DNA from: a virus
Virus record (IMG/VR): IMGVR_UViG_3300026986_000001
Span: 1-47,725 of that record
DNA length: 47,725 nt
Direction: 5' to 3' (one strand)
Each line of letters begins with the position of its first letter. The stretch's first letter is position 1. The position numbers were made by a program, and so were the translations under genes. Below are positions 44,543 through 47,725 of this stretch, piece after piece. A model generated the notes under the pieces. The model was not told the DNA's origin, did no database searches, and worked only from the letters and a program-made list of their open reading frames with translations.

Positions 44543-44656
44543 CCGCCCTCTCACAGCCCAGCACCCCCACCCTGCCAAAAGTGTGGTGCTGGACTGCGGA
44601 ACGGTGGCTCCGGTGCATCGCACGCGAACCACTGCTGCACGACCACGACCGAAGCC

Positions 44657-45052
44657 ATGTCGACAGAGAATCCCCCTCACAAAAACGATACCGGCATAGA
44701 CCGCACGAACCAGTCCACGGACGCCCGCGACCTCACGGCGTTCCAGAAGAACATCCTCACCGTCCTCGCCGAGGAGGCCCGCTACGGGCTCGCCGTCAAG
44801 CGCGCGCTCGAAGCCTACTACGACAAGGAGGTCAACCACGGCCGGCTCTACCCGAACCTCGACGACCTCACCAACAAGGGCCTCGTCGAAAAGTCCGAAC
44901 TCGACAAGCGCACGAACAAGTACGCGCTCACCGACGCCGGCTTCGACGCCGTCCTCGACGAAATCGAGTGGACGCTCTCGAAGTTCCTCACCGACGACGA
45001 GCGCCGCGACCTCATCCGGGACCACCCGCAGTTCACCGGAGGTGACGCCTGA
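44657..45052 (+). CDS. PadR-family winged-helix regulator
   Basis: FQKNILTVLAEEARYGLAVKRAL...NHGRLYPNLDDLTNKGLVEK...KYALTDAG matches the PadR signature. Confidence 0.8.
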   Translation: MSTENPPHKNDTGIDRTNQSTDARDLTAFQKNILTVLAEEARYGLAVKRALEAYYDKEVNHGRLYPNLDDLTNKGLVEKSELDKRTNKYALTDAGFDAVLDEIEWTLSKFLTDDERRDLIRDHPQFTGGDA

Positions 45053-45504
45053 TGCAGTGTGATACCTGCGGCGCCGACCTCCCAGATGATCCGCGTGACG
45101 CCGTCGAAAACGACCGCCTTGACGAAGTGGTCGCCCACATCTACGACCCCGAAGAAGAGTCGTTCGTCCTCTCCGAGACAGCCTACTTCTGTGACCTCAC
45201 GTGCGCCGCCGAAGCCACGCTTCTGACCGAACCCGAAGAAGTCACTGAAGCATCGAAGGCCACGTTGATGCGCCACAACAACGGCCTCGTGTTCTTCCTC
45301 GGCGAGTACGCCCCGGAGATGGAGTACGAGGTCTTCGACGAAGGCGGCACTATCCAGACGCGAACCTGCGAGCGAATCGCAGTCTTCGACCTCGCCACTC
45401 GCATGACTAAGGAGACCTTCCAAGAGAAGGTCACCGGCGGACGTAACATTCAGACCGTACTGGCAGACCGCTTCGGCATCCCCGTCGACGGAGGTGACGC
45501 GTGA
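45052..45504 (+). CDS. hypothetical protein with N-terminal CxxC (150 aa)
   Basis: MQCDTCG...CDLTC. TGATG junction preceded by GGAGGTGA. Confidence 0.75.
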   Translation: MQCDTCGADLPDDPRDAVENDRLDEVVAHIYDPEEESFVLSETAYFCDLTCAAEATLLTEPEEVTEASKATLMRHNNGLVFFLGEYAPEMEYEVFDEGGTIQTRTCERIAVFDLATRMTKETFQEKVTGGRNIQTVLADRFGIPVDGGDA

Positions 45505-45740
45505 TGTATGAGTTCGATGTCTACGCGCCCACCTGCAACGGGACGAGCGACGCCGAGGCCGTCATCACCCTGCCCGAACGGCAGCTCACCTACTGCCCGT
45601 ACTGCGGGGAGGCCGACTGCCTCGAAGAGTACGGGGAGCTGTACAGCGCGAAGGTCGGCGACGACCTCGCGGACTTCGACCTCAACGACGCGCACCAGCG
45701 CGCAGACAGCCAGAGCCTGACCGCCGGAGGTGACGACTGA
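45501..45740 (+). CDS. small zinc-ribbon protein (79 aa)
   Basis: ...CPYCGEADC. TGATG junction preceded by GGAGGTGA. Confidence 0.7.
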   Translation: MMYEFDVYAPTCNGTSDAEAVITLPERQLTYCPYCGEADCLEEYGELYSAKVGDDLADFDLNDAHQRADSQSLTAGGDD

Positions 45741-45895
45741 TGTCCGACGGCGCGCCCGTCTACGCGATTACGGGGCAGCTTCAGCCCCATCTCGCCGGCA
45801 ACTTCCACAGCGAGGACGGCGAGATTCTCGTCGAGCAAGAGGACGAGGACGTGTACCTCATCGCCGAACCGCGGTCCAGCGAGGGTGATAGCTGA
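45740..45895 (+). CDS. small acidic protein (51 aa, MSDGAPVYAI...)
   Basis: Fills the gap exactly. The ATG overlaps the previous stop (TGATG after GGAGGTGA) and its own stop overlaps the next ATG. Below the ORF-track cut-off. Confidence 0.55.
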   Translation: MSDGAPVYAITGQLQPHLAGNFHSEDGEILVEQEDEDVYLIAEPRSSEGDS

Positions 45896-46785
45896 TGCGG
45901 ACGCTGCTCTGCATCTACGTCAAGCCCCCATCGGAACCGCTCACCAGCACGCAGTCCGGGAACTCCGCCGTCGTCGTCGAGGAGGCCCAAGAGACGCTCA
46001 ACGGCCACACCGTCTACCACGGCACCGCCGCCTACACCGGCACGAGGCCCGTCGACGGTCCCTACGTCACCACCGACGAAGACGGCGAGCTCACCATCCG
46101 GGAGACCGAGCACGTCATCGAGGACCCGCGAAGCGTCGAGTTCATCGCCGTGCCCGATGCGAACCCCGGGTTCGCTACGTTCGACACGAGCGACAACCGG
46201 TTCGCGCGGAACCTCATCTCGATGGAGACCGACGGCTGGCTCGAACCCGCCGTCTACGATGTCGACAAGTTCACCGGCCACCTGCGAGGGAAGTACGACC
46301 CGACCGTCGAGCAGGTCGGCTGGGAGGACGGCGACGAAGCCGGCGTCTTCTACCCCGACGAAGACCACGACGACAAAACGGTCAATGTCACGCGCGCCGT
46401 CCGGAAGAAGAAGTCCCAGATTGGGTTCCGGTACTTCGACGGCGCCAACATCGTCCGCGGGACGCTCGCCGGGTCCGGCTACTGCAACATCTACAGCCGC
46501 GACGACGCGGAGTGGACGGCGCAGTTCATCCAGACCGAACTGATGCCGTTCGCCGCGGTCCCGGACATCGGGTGGGCCGAGGACATCGCGTCCGGCGACG
46601 CCGACTTCGAACTGGAGTGCGCCGACTGCGGGGCCACCGGGAACGTCCTCCGCGAGGTCGACAGCGGCGACATCCTCTGCCCCGACTGCGAGGACGCCCG
46701 CGAAGAGGAAGACGACGAGGACGAGCCCGCGGAGAACCAGCAGCAGCTCGGCGACGCGGCGACGGCCGACGGAGGTGATGCCTGA
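45895..46785 (+). CDS. hypothetical protein with C-terminal zinc ribbon (296 aa)
   Basis: Acidic ORF with CADCG...CPDC near the C-terminus. Confidence 0.8.
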   Translation: MRTLLCIYVKPPSEPLTSTQSGNSAVVVEEAQETLNGHTVYHGTAAYTGTRPVDGPYVTTDEDGELTIRETEHVIEDPRSVEFIAVPDANPGFATFDTSDNRFARNLISMETDGWLEPAVYDVDKFTGHLRGKYDPTVEQVGWEDGDEAGVFYPDEDHDDKTVNVTRAVRKKKSQIGFRYFDGANIVRGTLAGSGYCNIYSRDDAEWTAQFIQTELMPFAAVPDIGWAEDIASGDADFELECADCGATGNVLREVDSGDILCPDCEDAREEEDDEDEPAENQQQLGDAATADGGDA

Positions 46786-47183
46786 TGGCGGGGACGCGCT
46801 CCCCGCGGGAGCTGCTCGCCGGCGCCGTGCCACTGTGGGATGCCGACGAGGAGGACCTCGTCGAGTGGATAGAAGCCGTCGAAGACGCGCCGGGGAAGCT
46901 CCACGCGCGCGTCGAGTTCGGCCTGCAGACCTCCGGGTACACGCTCTCGGAGTTCACCGACCACATCGGCGAGGACGCCGGCGTCGCGCCCGGTGACTAT
47001 CAAGAGGGCTGGGTAGCGATGCCCGCGCTCGGCGAGTGCCCGAACTCCGAGGAAACCCAGCCACAGGTCGCTATCGGCAACCCCGACGAGGACGTGCTGC
47101 TGGTAGACTGCCTCGGCTGCGGCGTCCGCTGGAGTCTGGACGCACTCGACGACGACGCGTCACTCCCGGAGGTCGAGAAGTGA
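46785..47183 (+). CDS. hypothetical protein (132 aa)
   Basis: Acidic ORF with CLGCG. TGATG junctions on both sides. Confidence 0.75.
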   Translation: MAGTRSPRELLAGAVPLWDADEEDLVEWIEAVEDAPGKLHARVEFGLQTSGYTLSEFTDHIGEDAGVAPGDYQEGWVAMPALGECPNSEETQPQVAIGNPDEDVLLVDCLGCGVRWSLDALDDDASLPEVEK

Positions 47184-47428
47184 TGTCGGAGGTAACGGAG
47201 ATCTGCCCCGACTGCGAGTCCACCCGACTTGAGAATCGGGTCGCTATCGGGCACGTCGAGACCGACTCAAAGGCCCAGTACCGCTGCAACGACTGCGGCA
47301 ACCGCTTCGACCAGCCCGACGAACGCCCAGCCGAAAACCACGGCATCCCCGGCGCGGGCTCCGAACTCGGCAGCACGCTCGCCGAGATGAACCCCGAGGA
47401 CCTACCGACTCAGCGAGGTGGTGGGTGA
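47183..47428 (+). CDS. small CPxCG zinc-ribbon protein (81 aa), paralogue of the next gene
   Basis: ATG at 47183 inside track ORF 47036..47428. ICPDCES...RCNDCGNRFDQP...GSELGSTLAEMNPEDL...GGG. Confidence 0.7.
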   Translation: MSEVTEICPDCESTRLENRVAIGHVETDSKAQYRCNDCGNRFDQPDERPAENHGIPGAGSELGSTLAEMNPEDLPTQRGGG

Positions 47429-47682
47429 TGTCTGACAGCAGAACGGAGACGCTCGTCCGGGTGTGTCCCGAGTGTGACGAGGCTGCTGTCCGAACACGGC
47501 ACCCCGAGAAGCCGTGCTCGCCAACGAACGACGACAGCCAGTACGGCTGTGAACAGTGTGGGGCGACGTTCGACGAGCCCGTTCGCCGGCCGAAGAAAAC
47601 GAACCGAGAGGCTGGAAGCGGCAGCACCCTCGCGGCAAACCTCGTCGATGCCGACCCCGAGGATGTCGGAGGTGGTGCCTGA
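47425..47682 (+). CDS. small CPxCG zinc-ribbon protein (85 aa), paralogue of the previous gene
   Basis: VCPECDE...GCEQCGATFDEP...GSGSTLAANLVDADPEDVGGGA. The 3' end lies in the terminal repeat. Confidence 0.75.
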   Translation: MMSDSRTETLVRVCPECDEAAVRTRHPEKPCSPTNDDSQYGCEQCGATFDEPVRRPKKTNREAGSGSTLAANLVDADPEDVGGGA

Positions 47683-47725
47683 TGGCGGCCGTCGAGAACG
47701 TCCGCGAGTACCGCGGCATCGTCGA
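47627..47725. repeat. Second copy of the terminal repeat (identical to 1-99)
   Basis: 99/99 identity read directly. Confidence 0.95.

Overview
High-GC, acidic-proteome sequence. The first 99 nt recur exactly at the end (1-99 = 47627-47725), so the window holds one complete circular or terminally redundant genome of 47,626 bp. It looks like a siphovirus-type haloarchaeal tailed virus. Nearly all genes are on the + strand, tightly packed with ATGA/TGATG stop-start overlaps and GGAGGTGA Shine-Dalgarno-like junctions.

Layout:
- 40.4 kb through the junction to 14.7 kb: early, regulatory and DNA-metabolism genes. These include many small CxxC zinc-ribbon proteins, wHTH/PadR/RHH regulators, Orc1/Cdc6, a C5-cytosine MTase, an Hjc-like nuclease, a Dam-like MTase, a ParB-domain MTase, an HTH-metallophosphoesterase and one tRNA-Phe(GAA).
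- 14.7-36.3 kb: morphogenesis module, in the order TerS, TerL, portal, protease-like protein, scaffold, major capsid, connectors, major tail, chaperone, tape measure, Dit-like, Tal-like, then a 1464-aa FN3-rich fibre.
- 36.3-40.3 kb: minus-strand maintenance and lysogeny-like module, with a membrane protein, ParA plus a small partner, upstream iterons and three small (w)HTH or unknown genes.

I found no integrase, transposase, DNA polymerase, CRISPR array or reverse transcriptase.

Most interesting non-genic signals:
- Two near-identical hairpin elements bracket the divergent regulatory operons.
- A family of about 30-35-bp TGATACCA-core repeats runs from a 600-bp ORF-poor region into the next gene.
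- 13-bp iterons lie upstream of parA.
- An exact 20-mer is shared by two distant intergenic regions.
- A 12 x 24-bp coding repeat (PDIPxLxV) lies in the tape-measure gene.
- A composite ParB-MTase ORF has a strongly coding alternative frame.
- Identical TAG contexts end two consecutive in-frame capsid-module ORFs.

All functional calls rest on motifs read by eye and on gene order. No database search was run.
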